From Eledone cirrhosa (Eukaryota): 64,000 nucleotides of DNA. Below are positions 24,751 through 37,200 of the stretch, in pieces. Position 1 is the first letter of the stretch, and each line of letters begins with the position of its first letter. The notes beneath the pieces are model-generated. The model had not been told where the DNA came from. It did not search any database and saw only the letters and a list, made by a program, of their open reading frames with translations. The stretch lies in assembly GCA_964016885.1 (NCBI GenBank), contig OZ024744.1:23188001-23252000 (forward strand), in the 5' to 3' direction. The position numbers were made by a program, and so were the translations under genes.

Positions 24751-27700
24751 CGAGTTATATCTTAAGATTCAACTGTTGTTAAAACGAGTCAGTTCTTAAG
24801 ATTCAACTGTTGTTAAAACGAGTTTTATTTGAAGATTCAACTGTTGTTAAAACGAGTCAGTTCTTAAGGTTGAACTGTTGATAAAACGAGTCAGTTCTTA
24901 AGATTCAACTGTTGTTAAAACGAGTTTTATCTTAAGATTCAACTGTTGTTAAAACGAGACAGTTCTTAAGATTCAACGGTTGTTAAAACGAGACATTTCT
25001 TAAGATTCAACTGTTGTTAAAACGAGTTTTATCTTAAGATTCAACTGTTGTTAAAATGAGTTTTATCATAAGATTCAACTGTTGTTAAAACGAGTCAGTT
25101 CTTAAGATTCAACTGTTGTTAAAACAAGTTTTATTTGAAGATTCAACTGTTGTTAAAACGAATCAGTTCTTAACATTCAACTATTGTTAAAACGAATTTT
25201 ATCTTAAGATTCAACTGTTGTTAAAACGAGTTTTATCTTAAGATTCAACTGTTGTTAAAATGAGTTTTATCTTAAGATTCAACTGTTGTTAAAACGAATC
25301 AGTTCTTAAGATTCAACTGTTGTTAAAACGGGTTTTATTTGAAGATTCAACTGTTGCTAAAACGAGTCAGTTCTTAAGGTTGAACTGTTGATAAAACGAG
25401 TTAGTTCTTAAGATTCAACTGTTGTTAAAACTAGTTTTATCTTAAGATTCAGCTGTTGTTAACACGAGTCAGTTCTTAAGATTCAACTCTTGTTAAAACG
25501 AGTTATATCTTAAGATTCAACTGTTGTTAAAACGAGTTTTATCTTAAGATTCAACTGTTGTTAAAACGAGTCAGTTCTTAAGATTCAACTGTTGTTAAAA
25601 CGAGTTTTATTTGAAGATTCAACTGTTGTTAAAACGAGTCAGTTCTTAAGGTTGAACTGTTGATAAAACGAGTCAGTTCTTAAGATTCAACTGTTGTTAA
25701 CACGAGTTTTATCTTAAGATTCAACTGTTGTTAAAACGAGTCAGTTCTTAAGATTCAACTGCTGTTAAAACGAGTTTTATCTTAAGTTTCAACTGTTGTT
25801 AAAACAGGTCAGTTCTTAAGATTCAACTGTTATTAAAACGAGTTATATCTTAAGATTCAACTGTTGTTAAAACGAGTCAGTTCTTAAGATTCAACTGTTG
25901 TTAAAACGAGTTTTATCTTAAGATTCAACTGTTGTTAAAACGAGACAGTTCTTAAGATTCAACTGTTGTTAAAACGAGTCAGTTCTTAAGATTCAACTGT
26001 TGTTAAAACGAGTTTTATTTGAAGATTGAACTGTTGTTAAAACGAGTCAGTTCTTATGGTTGAACTGTTGTTAAAACGAATCAGTTCTTAAGATTCAACT
26101 GTTGTTAAAACGAGTTTTATCTTAAGATTCAACTGTTGTTAAAATGAGTTAGTTCTTAAGATTCAACTGTTGTTAAAACGAGTTTTATCTTAAGATTCAA
26201 CTGTTGTTAAAACGAGTCAGTTCTTAAGATTCAACTGTTGTTAAAACGAGTTTTATTTGAAGATTCAACTGTTGTTAAAACGGGTCAGTTCTTAAGGTTG
26301 AACTGTTGTTAAAACGAGTCAGTTCTTAAGATTCAACTGTTGTTAAAACGAGTTTTATCTAAAGATCAGCTGTTGTTAAAATGAGTCAGTTCTTAAGATT
26401 CAACTGTTGTTAAAACGAGTTTTATCATACGATTCAACTGTTGTTAAAACGAGTTTTATTTGAAGATTCAACTGTTGTTAAAACGAGTCAGTTCTTAAGA
26501 TTGAACTGTTGATAAAACGAGACAGTTCTTAAGATTCAACTGTTGTTAAAACGAGTTTTATCTTAAGATTCAGCTGTTGTTAAAACGAGTAAGTTCTTAA
26601 GATTCAACTGTTGTTAAAACGAGTTTTATCTTAAGATTCAACTGTTGTTAAAACGAGTTTATCTTAAGATTCAGCTGTTGTTAAAACGAATCAGTTCTTA
26701 AGATTCAACTGTTGTTAAAACGAGTTTTATTTGAAGATTCAACTGTTGTTAAAATGAGTCAGTTCTTAAGGTTGAACTGCTGATAAAGCGAGTCAGTTGT
26801 TAAGATTCAACTGTTGTTAAAACGAGTTTTATCTTAAGATTCAACTATTGTTAAAACGAGTTTTATTTGAAGATTCATCTGTTGTTAAAATGAGTCAGTC
26901 CTTAAGGTTGAACTGTTGATAAAACGAGTCAGTTCTTAAGAGTCAACTGTTGTTAAAACGAGTTTTATCTTAAGATTCAGCTGTTGTTAAAACGAGTCAG
27001 TTCTTAAGATTCAACTGTTGTTAAAACGAGTTTTATCTTAAGATTCAACTGTTATTAAAACGAGTCAGTTCTTAAGATTCAACTGTTGTTAAAACGAGTT
27101 TTATCTTAAGATTCAACTGTTGTTAAAACGAGTTTATCTTAAGATTCAGTTGTTGTTAAAACGAATCAGTTCTTAAGATTCAACTGTTGTTAAAACGAGT
27201 TTTATTTGAAGATTCAACTGTTGTTAAAATGAGTCAGTTCTTAAGGTTGAACTGTTGATAAAACGAGTCAGTTCTTAAGATTCAACTGTTGTAAAACGAG
27301 TTTTATCTTAAGATTCAGCTGTTGTTAAAACGAGTCAGTTCTTAAGATTCAACTGTTGTTAAAACCAGTTTTATCTTAAGATTCAACTGTTATTAAAACG
27401 AGTCAGTTCTTAAGATTCAACTGTTGTTAAAACGAGTTTTATCTTAAGATTCAACTGTTGTTAAAACGAGTTTTATCTTAAGATTCAACTGTTGTAAAAC
27501 GAATCAGTTGTAATGATTCAACTGTTGTTAAAACGAGTTTTATCTTAAGATTCAGCTGTTGTTAAAACGAGTCAGTTCTTAAGATTCAGCTGTTGTTAAA
27601 ACGAATCAGTTCTTAAGATTCAACTGTTGTTAAAACGAGTTTTATCTTAAGATTTAGCTGTTGTTAAAACGAGTCAGTTATTAAGATTCAACTGTTGTTA

Positions 27701-28299
27701 AAACGAGTTTATCTTAAAATTCAGCTGTTGTTAAAACGAGTCAGTTCTTAAGATTCAACTGTTGTTAAAACGAGTTTTATCTTAAGATTCAACTGTTGTT
27801 AAAACGAGTTTATCTTAAGATTCAGCTGTTGTTAAAACGAGTCAGTTCTTAAGGTTGAACTGTTGATAAAACAAGTCAGTTCTTACGATTCAACTGTTGT
27901 TAAAACGAGTTTTATCTTAAGATTCATCTGTTGTTAAAACGAGTCAGTTCTTAAGATTCAACTGTTGTTAAAACGAGTTTTATTTGAAGATTCAACTGTT
28001 GTTAAAATGAGTCAGTTCTTAAGGTTGAACTGTTGATAAAACGAGTTTTATCTTAAGATTCAATTGTTGTTAAAACGAGTCAGTTCTTAAGATTCAACTG
28101 TTGTTAAAACGAGTTATATCTTAAGATTCAACTGTTGTTAAAACGAGTCAGTTCTTAAGATTCAACTGTTGTTAAAACGAGTTTTATTTGAAGATTCAAC
28201 TGTTGTTAAAACGAGTCAGTTCTTAAGGTTGAACTGTTGATAAAACGAGTCAGTTCTTAAGATTCAACTGTTGTTAAAACGAGTTTTATCTTAAGATTC

Positions 28300-31200
28300 A
28301 ACTGTTGTTAAAACGAGACAGTTCTTAAGATTCAACGGTTGTTAAAACGAGACATTTCTTAAGATTCAACTGTTGTTAAAACGAGTTTTATCTTAAGATT
28401 CAGCTGTTGTTAAAATGAGTTTTATCATAAGATTCAACTGTTGTTAAAACGAGTCAGTTCTTAAGATTCAACTGTTGTTAAAACGGGTTTTATTTGAAGA
28501 TTCAACTGTTGTTAAAACGAATCAGTTCTTAACATTCAACTATTGTTAAAACGAATTTTATCTTAAGATTCAACTGTTGTTAAAACGAGTTTTATCTTAA
28601 GATTCAACTGTTGTTAAAATGAGTTTTATCTTAAGATTCAACTGTTGTTAAAACGAATCAGTTCTTAAGATTCAACTGTTGTTAAAACGGGTTTTATTTG
28701 AAGATTCAACTGTTGCTAAAACGAGTCAGTTCTTAAGGTTGAACTGTTGATAATACGAGTCAGTTCTTAAGATTCAACTGTTGTTAAAACTAGTTTTATC
28801 TTAAGATTCAGCTGTTGTTAACACGAGTCAGTTCTTAAGATTCAACTCTTGTTAAAACGAGTTATATCTTAAGATTCAACTGTTGTTAAAACGAGTTTTA
28901 TCTTAAGATTCAACTGTTGTTAAAACGAGTCAGTTCTTAAGATTCAACTGTTGTTAAAACGAGTTTTATTTGAAGATTCAACTGTTGTTAAAACGAGTCA
29001 GTTCTTAAGGTTGAACTGTTGATAAAACGAGTCAGTTCTTAAGATTCAACTGTTGTTAAAACGAGTTTTTTCTTAAGATTCAACTGTTGTTAAAACGAGA
29101 CAGTTCTTAAGATTCAACTGTTGTTAAAACGAGACAGTTCTCAAGATTCAACTGTTGTTAAAACGAGTTTTATCTTAAGATTCAACTGTTGTTAAAATGA
29201 CTTTTATCATAAGATTCAACTGTTGTTAAAACGAGTCAGTTCTTAAGATTCAACTGTTGTTAAAACAAGTTTTATTTGAAGATTCAACTGTTGTTAAAAC
29301 GAGTCAGTTATTAAGTTTGCACTGTTGTTAAAACGAATCAGTTCTTAACATTCAACTATTGTTAAAACGAATTTTATCTTAAGATTCAGCTGTTGTTAAA
29401 ACGAGTCAGTTCTTAAGGTTGAACTGTTGATAAAACGAGTCAGTTCTTAAGATTCAACTGTTGTTAAAACGAGTTTTATCTTAAGATTCAGCTGTTGTTA
29501 AAACGAGTAAGTTCTTAAGATTCAACTGTTGTTAAAACGAGTTTTATCTTAAGATTCAACTGTTGTTAAAACGAGTTTATCTTAAGATTCAGCTGTTGTT
29601 AAAACGAATCAGTTCTTAAGATTCAACTGTTGTTAAAACGAGTTTTATTTGAAGATTCAACTGTTGTTAAAACGAGTCAGTTCTTACGGTTGAACTGTTG
29701 TTAAAACGAGACAGTTCTTACGATTCAACTGTTGTTAAAACGAGTTTTATCTTAAGATTCAGCTGTTGTTAAAACGAGTAAGTTCTTAAGATTCAACTGT
29801 TGTTAAAACGAGTTTTATCTTAAGATTCAACTGTTGTTAAAACGAGTTTTATTTGAAGATTTAACTGTTGTTAAAATGAGTCAGTTCTTAAGGTTGAACT
29901 GTTGATAAAGCGAGTCAGTTGTTAAGATTCAACTGTTGTTAAAACGAGTTTTATCTTAAGATTCAGCTGTTGTTAAAACGAGTCAGTTCTTAAGATTCAA
30001 CTGTTGTTAAAACGAGTTTTATCTTAAGATTCAACTGTTATTAAAACGAGTCAGTTCTTAAGATTCAACTGTTGTTAAAACGAGTTTATTTGAAGATTCA
30101 ACTGCTGTTAAAATGAGTCAGTTCTTAAGGTTGAACTGTTGTTAAAACGAGTTTTATCTTAAGATTCAGCTGTTGTTAAAACGAGTCAGTTCTTAAGATT
30201 CAACTGTTGTTAAAACGAGTTTTATCTTAAGATTCAACTGTTGTTAAAACGAGTTTTATCTTAAGATTCAACTGTTGTTAAAACGAGTTTTATCTTAGGA
30301 TTCAACTGTTGTTAAAACGAATCAGTTTTTAAGATTCAACCGTTGTTAAAACGAGTTTTATTTGAAGATTCAACTGTTGCTAAAACGAGTCAGTTCTTAA
30401 GGTTGAACGGTTGATAAAACGAGTCAGTTCTTAAGATTCAAGTGTTGTTAAAACTAGTTTTATCTTAAGATTCAGCTGCTGTTAACACGAGTCAGTTCTT
30501 AAGATTCAACTGTTGTTAAAACGAGTTTTATCTTAAGATTCAGCTGTTGTTAAAACGAGTCAGTTCTTAAGATTCAACTGTTGTTAAAACGAGTTTTATT
30601 TGAAGATTCAACTGTTGTTAAAATGAGTCAGTTCTTAAGGTTGAACTGTTGATAAAACGAGTCAGTTCTTAAGAGTCAACTGTTGTTAAAACGAGTTTTA
30701 TCTTAAGATTCAACTGTTGTTAAAACGAGACAGTTCGTAAGATTCAACGGTTGTTAAAACGAGAGATTTCTTAAGATTCAACTGTTGTTAAAACGAGTTT
30801 TATCTTAAGATTCAACTGTTGTTAAAATGAGTTTTATCATAAGATTCAACTGTTGTTAAAACGAGTCAGTTCTTAAGATTCAACTGTTGTTAAAACGGGT
30901 TTTATTTGAAGATTCAACTGTTGTTAAAACGAATCAGTTCTTAACATTCAACTATTGTTAAAACTAATTTTATCTCAAGATTCAACTGTTGTTAAAACGA
31001 GTTTTATCTTAAGATTCAACTGTTGTTAAAATGAGTTTTATCTTAAGATTCAACTGTTGTTAAAACGAATCAGTTCTTAAGATTCAACTGTTGTTAAAAC
31101 GGGTTTTATTTGAAGATTCAACTGTTGCTAAAACGAGTCAGTTCTTAAGGTTGAACTGTTGATAAAACGAGTCAGTTCTTAAGATTCAACTGTTGTTAAA

Positions 31201-34200
31201 ACTAGTTTTATATTAAGATTCAGCTGTTGTTAACACGAGTCAGTTCTTAAGATTCAACTGTTGTTAATACGAGTTTTATCTTAAGATTCAATTGTTGTTA
31301 AAACGAGTCAGTTCTTAAGATTCAACTGTTGTTAAAACGAGTTATATCTTAAGATTCAACTGTTGTTAAAACGAGTTTTATCTTAAGATTCAACTGTTGT
31401 TAAAACGAGTTTTATTTGAAGATTCAACTGTTGTTAAAACGAGTCAGTTCTTAAGGTTGAACTGTTGATAAAACGAGTCAGTTCTTAAGATTCAACTGTT
31501 GTTAAAACGAGTTTTTTCTTAAGATTCAACTGTTGTTAAAACGAGACAGTTCTTAAGATTCAACTGTTGTTAAAACGAGACAGTTCTCAAGATTCAACTG
31601 TTGTTAAAACGAGTTTTATCTTAAGATTCAACTGTTGTTAAAATGAGTTTTATCATAAGATTCAACTTTGTTAAAACGAGTCAGTTCTTAAGATTCAACT
31701 GTTGTTAAAACAAGTTTTATTTGAAGATTCAACTGTTGTTAAAACGAGTCAGTTATTAAGTTTGCACTGTTGTTAAAACGAATCTGTTCTTAACATTCAA
31801 CTATAGTTAAAACGAATTTTATCTTAAGATTCAGCTGTTGTTAAAACGAGTCAGGTCTTAAGGTTGAACTGTTGATAAAACGAGTCAGTTCTTAAGATTC
31901 AACTGTTGTTAAAACGAGTTTTATCTTAAGATTCAGCTGTTGTTAAAACGAGTAAGTTCTTAAGATTCAACTGTTGTTAAAACGAGTTTTATCTTAAGAT
32001 TCAACTGTTGTTAAAACGAGTTTATCTTAAGATTCAGCTGTTGTTAAAACGAATCAGTTCTTAAGATTCAACTGTTGTTAAAACGAGTTTTATATGAAGA
32101 TTCAACTGTTGTTAAAACGAGTCAGTTCTTACGGTTGAACTGTTGATATAACGAGACAGTTCTTACGATTCAACTGTTGTTAAAACGAGTTTTATCTTAA
32201 GATTCAGCTGTTGTTAAAACGAGTAAGTTCTTAAGATTCAACTGTTGTTAAAACGAGTTTTATCTTAAGATTCAACTGTTGTTAAAACGAGATTTATTTG
32301 AAGATTTAACTGTTGTTAAAATGAGTCAGTTCTTAAGGTTGAACTGTTGATAAAGCGAGTCAGTTGTTAAGATTCAACTGTTGTTAAAACGCGTTTTATC
32401 TTAAGATTCAGCTGTTGTTAAAACGAGTCAGTTCTTAAGATTCAAATGTTGTTAACACGAGTTTTATCTTAAGATTCAACTGATGTTAAAACGAGTTTAT
32501 CTTAAGATTCAGCTGTCGTTAAAACGAATCAGTTCTTAAGATTCAACTGTTGTTAAAACGAGTTTTATTTGAAGATTCAACTGTTGTTAAAATGAGTCAG
32601 TCCTTAAGGTTGAACTGTTGATAAAACGAGTCAGTTCTTAAGAGTCAACTGTTGTTAAAACGAGTTTTATCTTAAGATTCAGCTGTTGTTAAAACGAGTC
32701 AGTTCTTAAGATTCAACTGTTGTTAAAACGAGTTTTATCTTAAGATTCAACTGTTGTTAAAACGAGTTTATCTTAAGATTCAGTTGTTGTTAAAACGAAT
32801 CAGTTCTTAAGATTCAACTGTTGTTAAAACGAGTTTATTTGAAGATTCAACTGCTGTTAAAAGGAGTCAGTTCTTAAGGTTGAACTGTTGTTAAAACGAG
32901 TTTTATCTTAAGATTCAGCTGTTGTTAAAACGAGTCAGTTCTTAAGATTCAACTGTTGTTAAAACGAGTTTTATCTTAAGATTCAACTGTTGTTAAAACG
33001 AGTTTTATCTTAAGATTCAACTGTTGTTAAAACGAGTTTTATCTTAGGATTCAACTGTTGTTAAAACAAATCAGTTTTTAAGATTCAACCGTTTTTAAAA
33101 CGAATTTTATTTGAAGATTCAACTGTTGCTAAAACGAGTCAGTTCTTAAGGTTGAACGGTTGATAAAACGAGTCAGTTCTTAAGATTCAAGTGTTGTTAA
33201 AACTAGTTTTATCTTAAGATTCAGCTGCTGTTAACACGAGTCAGTTCTTAAGATTCAACTGTTGTTAAAACGAGTTTTATTTGAAGATTCAACTGTTGTT
33301 AAAATGAGTCAGTTCTTAAGGTTGAACTGTTGATAAAACGAGTCAGTTCTTAAGATTCAACTGTTGTTAAAACGAGTTTTATCTTAAAATTCAACTGTTA
33401 TTAAAACGAGTCAGTTCTTAAGATTCAACTGTTGTTAAAACGAGTTTTATCTTAAGATTCAATTGTTGTTAAAACGAGTCAGTTCTTAAGATTCAACTGT
33501 TGTTAAAACGAGTTATATCTTAAGATTCAACTGTTGTTAAAACGAGTCAGTTCTTAAGGTTCAACTGTTGTTAAAACGAGTATTATTTGAAGATTCAACT
33601 GTTGTTAAAAGGAGTCAGTTCTTAAGGTTGAACTGTTGTTAAAACGAGTTTTATCTTAAGATTCAACTGTTGTTAAAATGAGTTGTATCATAAGATTCAA
33701 CTGTTGTTAAAACGAGTCAGTTCTTAAGATTCAACTGTTGTTAAAACAAGTTTTATTTGAAGATTCAACTGTTGTTAAAACGAATCAGTTCTTAACATTC
33801 AACTATTGTTAAAACGAATTTTATCTTAAGATTCAACTGTTGTTAAAACGAGTTTTATCTTAAGATTCAACTGTTGTTAAAATGAGTTTTATCTTAAGAT
33901 TCAACTGTTGTTAAAACGAATCAGTTCTTAAGATTCAACTGTTGTTAAAACGGGTTTTATTTGAAGATTCAACTGTTGCTAAAACGAGTCAGTTCTTAAG
34001 GTTGAACTGTTGATAAAACGAGTCAGTTCTTAAGAGTCAACTGTTGTTAAAACGAGTTTTATCTTAAGATTCAGCTGTTGTTAAAACGAGTCAGTTCGTA
34101 AGATTCAACTGTTGTTAAAACGAGTTTTATCTTAAGATTCAACTGTTATTAAAACGAGTCAGTTCTTAAGATTCAACTGTTGTTAAAACGAGTTTTATCT

Positions 34201-37200
34201 TAAGATTCAACTGTTGTTAAAACGAGTTTATCTTAAGATTCAGTTGTTGTTAAAACGAATCAGTTCTTAAGATTCAACTGTTGTTAAAACGAGTTTATTT
34301 GAAGATTCAACTGCTGTTAAAATGAGTCAGTTCTTAAGGTTGAACTGTTGTTAAAACGAGTTTTATCTTAACATTCAGCTGTTGTTAAAACGAGTCAGTT
34401 CTTAAGATTCAACTGTTGTTAAAACGAGTTTTATCTTAAGATTCAACTGTTGTTAAAACGAGTTTTATCTTAAGATTCAACTGTTGTTAAAACGAGTTTT
34501 ATCTTAGGATTCAACTGTTGTTAAAACGAACCAGTTCTTAAGATTCAACTGTTGTTAAAACGAGTTTATTTGAAGATTCAGCTGCTGTTAACACGAGTCA
34601 GTTCTTAAGATTCAACTGTTGTTAAAACGAGTTTTATCTTAAGATTCAACTGTTATTAAAACGAGTCAGTTCTTAAGATTCAACTGTTGTTAAAACGAGT
34701 TCTATCTTAAGATTCAATTGTTGTTAAAACGAGTCAGTTCTTAAGATTCAACTGTTGTTAAAACGAGTTATATCTTAAGATTCAACTGTTGTTAAAAGGA
34801 GTCAGTTCTTAAGGTTCAACTGTTGTTAAAACGAGTATTATTTGAAGATTCAACTGTTGTTAAAAGGAGTCAGTTCTTAAGGTTGAACTGTTGATAAAAC
34901 GAGTCAGTTCTTAAGAGTCAACTGTTGTTAAAACGAGTTTTATCTTAAGATTCAACTGTTGTTAAAACGAGACAGTTCTTAAGATTCAACGGTTGTTAAA
35001 ACGAAACATTTCTTAAGATTCAACTGTTGTTAAAATGAGTTTTATCATAAGATTCAACTCTTGTTAAAACGAGTCAGTTCTTAAGATTCAACTGTTGTTA
35101 AAACAAGTTTTATTTGAAGATTCAACTGTTGTTAAAACGAATCAGTTCTTAACATTCAACTATTGTTAAAACGAATTTTATCTTAAGATTCAACTGTTGT
35201 TAAAACGAGTTTTATCTTAAGATTCAACTGTTGTTAAAATGAGTTTTATCTTAAGATTCAACTGTTGTTAAAACGAATCAGTTCTTAAGATTCAACTGTT
35301 GTTAAAACGGGTTTTATTTGAAGATTCAACTGTTGCTAAAACGAGTCAGTTCTTAAGGTTGAACTGTTGATAAAACGAGTCAGTTCTTAAGATTCAACTG
35401 TTGTTAAAACTAGTTTTATCTTAAGATTCAGCTGTTGTTAAAACGAGTCAGTTCTTAAGATTCAACTCTTGTTAAAACGAGTTGTATCTTAAGATTCAAC
35501 TGTTGTTAAAACGAGTTTTATCTTAAGATTCAACTGTTGTTAAAACGAGTCAGTTCTTAAGATTCAACTGTTGTTAAAACGAGTTTTATTTGAAGATTCA
35601 ACTGTTGTTAAAACGAGTCAGTTCTTAAGGTTGAACTGTTGATAAAACGAGTCAGTTCTTGAGATTCAACTGTTGTTAATACGAGTTTTATCTTAAGATT
35701 CAATTGTTGTTAAAACGAGTCAGTTCTTAAGATTCAACTGTTGTTAAAACGAGTTATATCTTAAGATTCAACTGTTGTTAAAACGAGTTTTTTCTTAAGA
35801 TTCAACTGTTGTTAAAACGAGACAGTTCTTAAGATTCAACTGTTGTTAAAACGAGACAGTTCTCAAGATTCAACTGTTGTTAAAACGAGTTTTATCTTAA
35901 GATTCAACTGTTGTTAAAATGACTTTTATCATAAGATTCAACTGTTGTTAAAACGAGTCAGTTCTTAAGATTCAACTGTTGTTAAAACAAGTTTTATTTG
36001 AAGATTCAACTGTTGTTAAAACGAGTCAGTTATTAAGTTTGCACTGTTGTTAAAACGAATCAGTTCTTAACATTCAACTATTGTTAAAACGAATTTTATC
36101 TTAAGATTCAGCTGTTGTTAAAACGAGTCAGTTCTTAAGGTTGAACTGTTGATAAAACGAGTCAGTTCTTAAGATTCAACTGTTGTTAAAACTAGTTTTA
36201 TCTTAAGATTCAGCTGCTGTTAACACGAGTCAGTTCTTAAGATTCAACTGTTGTTAAAACGAGTTTTATCTTAAGATTCAGCTGTTGTTAAAACGAGTCA
36301 GTTCTTAAGATTCAACTGTTGTTAAAACGAGTTGTATTTGAAGATTCAACTGTTGTTAAAATGAGTCAGTTCTTAAGGTTGAACTGTTGATAAAACGAGT
36401 CAGTTCTTAAGAGTCAACTGTTGTGAAAACGAGTTTTATCTTAAGATTCAACTGTTGTTAAAACGAGACAGTTCTTAAGATTCAACGGTTGTTAAAACGA
36501 GACATTTCTTAAGATTCAACTGTTGTTAAAACGAGTTTTATCTTTAGATTCAACTGTTGTTAAAATGAGTTTTATCATAAGATTCAACTGTTGTTAAAAC
36601 GAGTCAGTTCTTAAGATTCAACTGTTGTTAAAACAAGTTTTATTTGAAGATTCAACTGTTGTTAAAACGAATCAGTTCTTAACATTCAACTATTGTTAAA
36701 ACTAATTTTATCTTAAGATTCAACTGTTGTTAAAACGAGTTTTATCTTAAGATTCAACTGTTGTTAAAATGAGTTTTATCTTAAGATTCAACTGTTGTTA
36801 AAACGAATCAGTTCTTAAGATTCAACTGTTGTTAAAACGGGTTTTATTTGAAGATTCAACTGTTGCTAAAACGAGTCAGTTCTTAAGGTTGAACTGTTGA
36901 TAAAACGAGTCAGTTCTTAAGATTCAACTGTTGTTAAAACTAGTTTTATCTTAAGATTCAGCTGTTGTTAACACGAGTCAGTTCTTAAGATTCAACTGTT
37001 GTTAATACGAGTTTTATCTTAAGATTCAATTGTTGTTAAAACGAGTCAGTTCTTAAGATTCAACTGTTGTTAAAACGAGTTATATCTTAAGATTCAACTG
37101 TTGTTAAAACGAGTTTTATCTTAAGATTCAACTGTTGTTAAAACGAGTCAGTTCTTAAGATTCAACTGTTGTTAAAACGAGTTTTTTTTGAAGATTCAAC

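Larger units (their letters stand above)
1..28300 (+). repeat. Left HOR domain (young, homogeneous higher-order repeats)
   Basis: Domain-specific markers recur in fixed order. TCTAAAGATCAGC has its G at 4123, 7864, 10789, 13207, 15862, 18033, 20688, 23343 and 26364. The 11-bp truncated monomer TTTGAATCAGT occurs at about 3327, 7068, 9993, 12411, 15066, 19892 and 22547. Other markers are ATCATACG, GTTGTAATG, GATTTAGC and TTCATCTG. I did not see these markers after about 28 kb. Confidence 0.9.
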
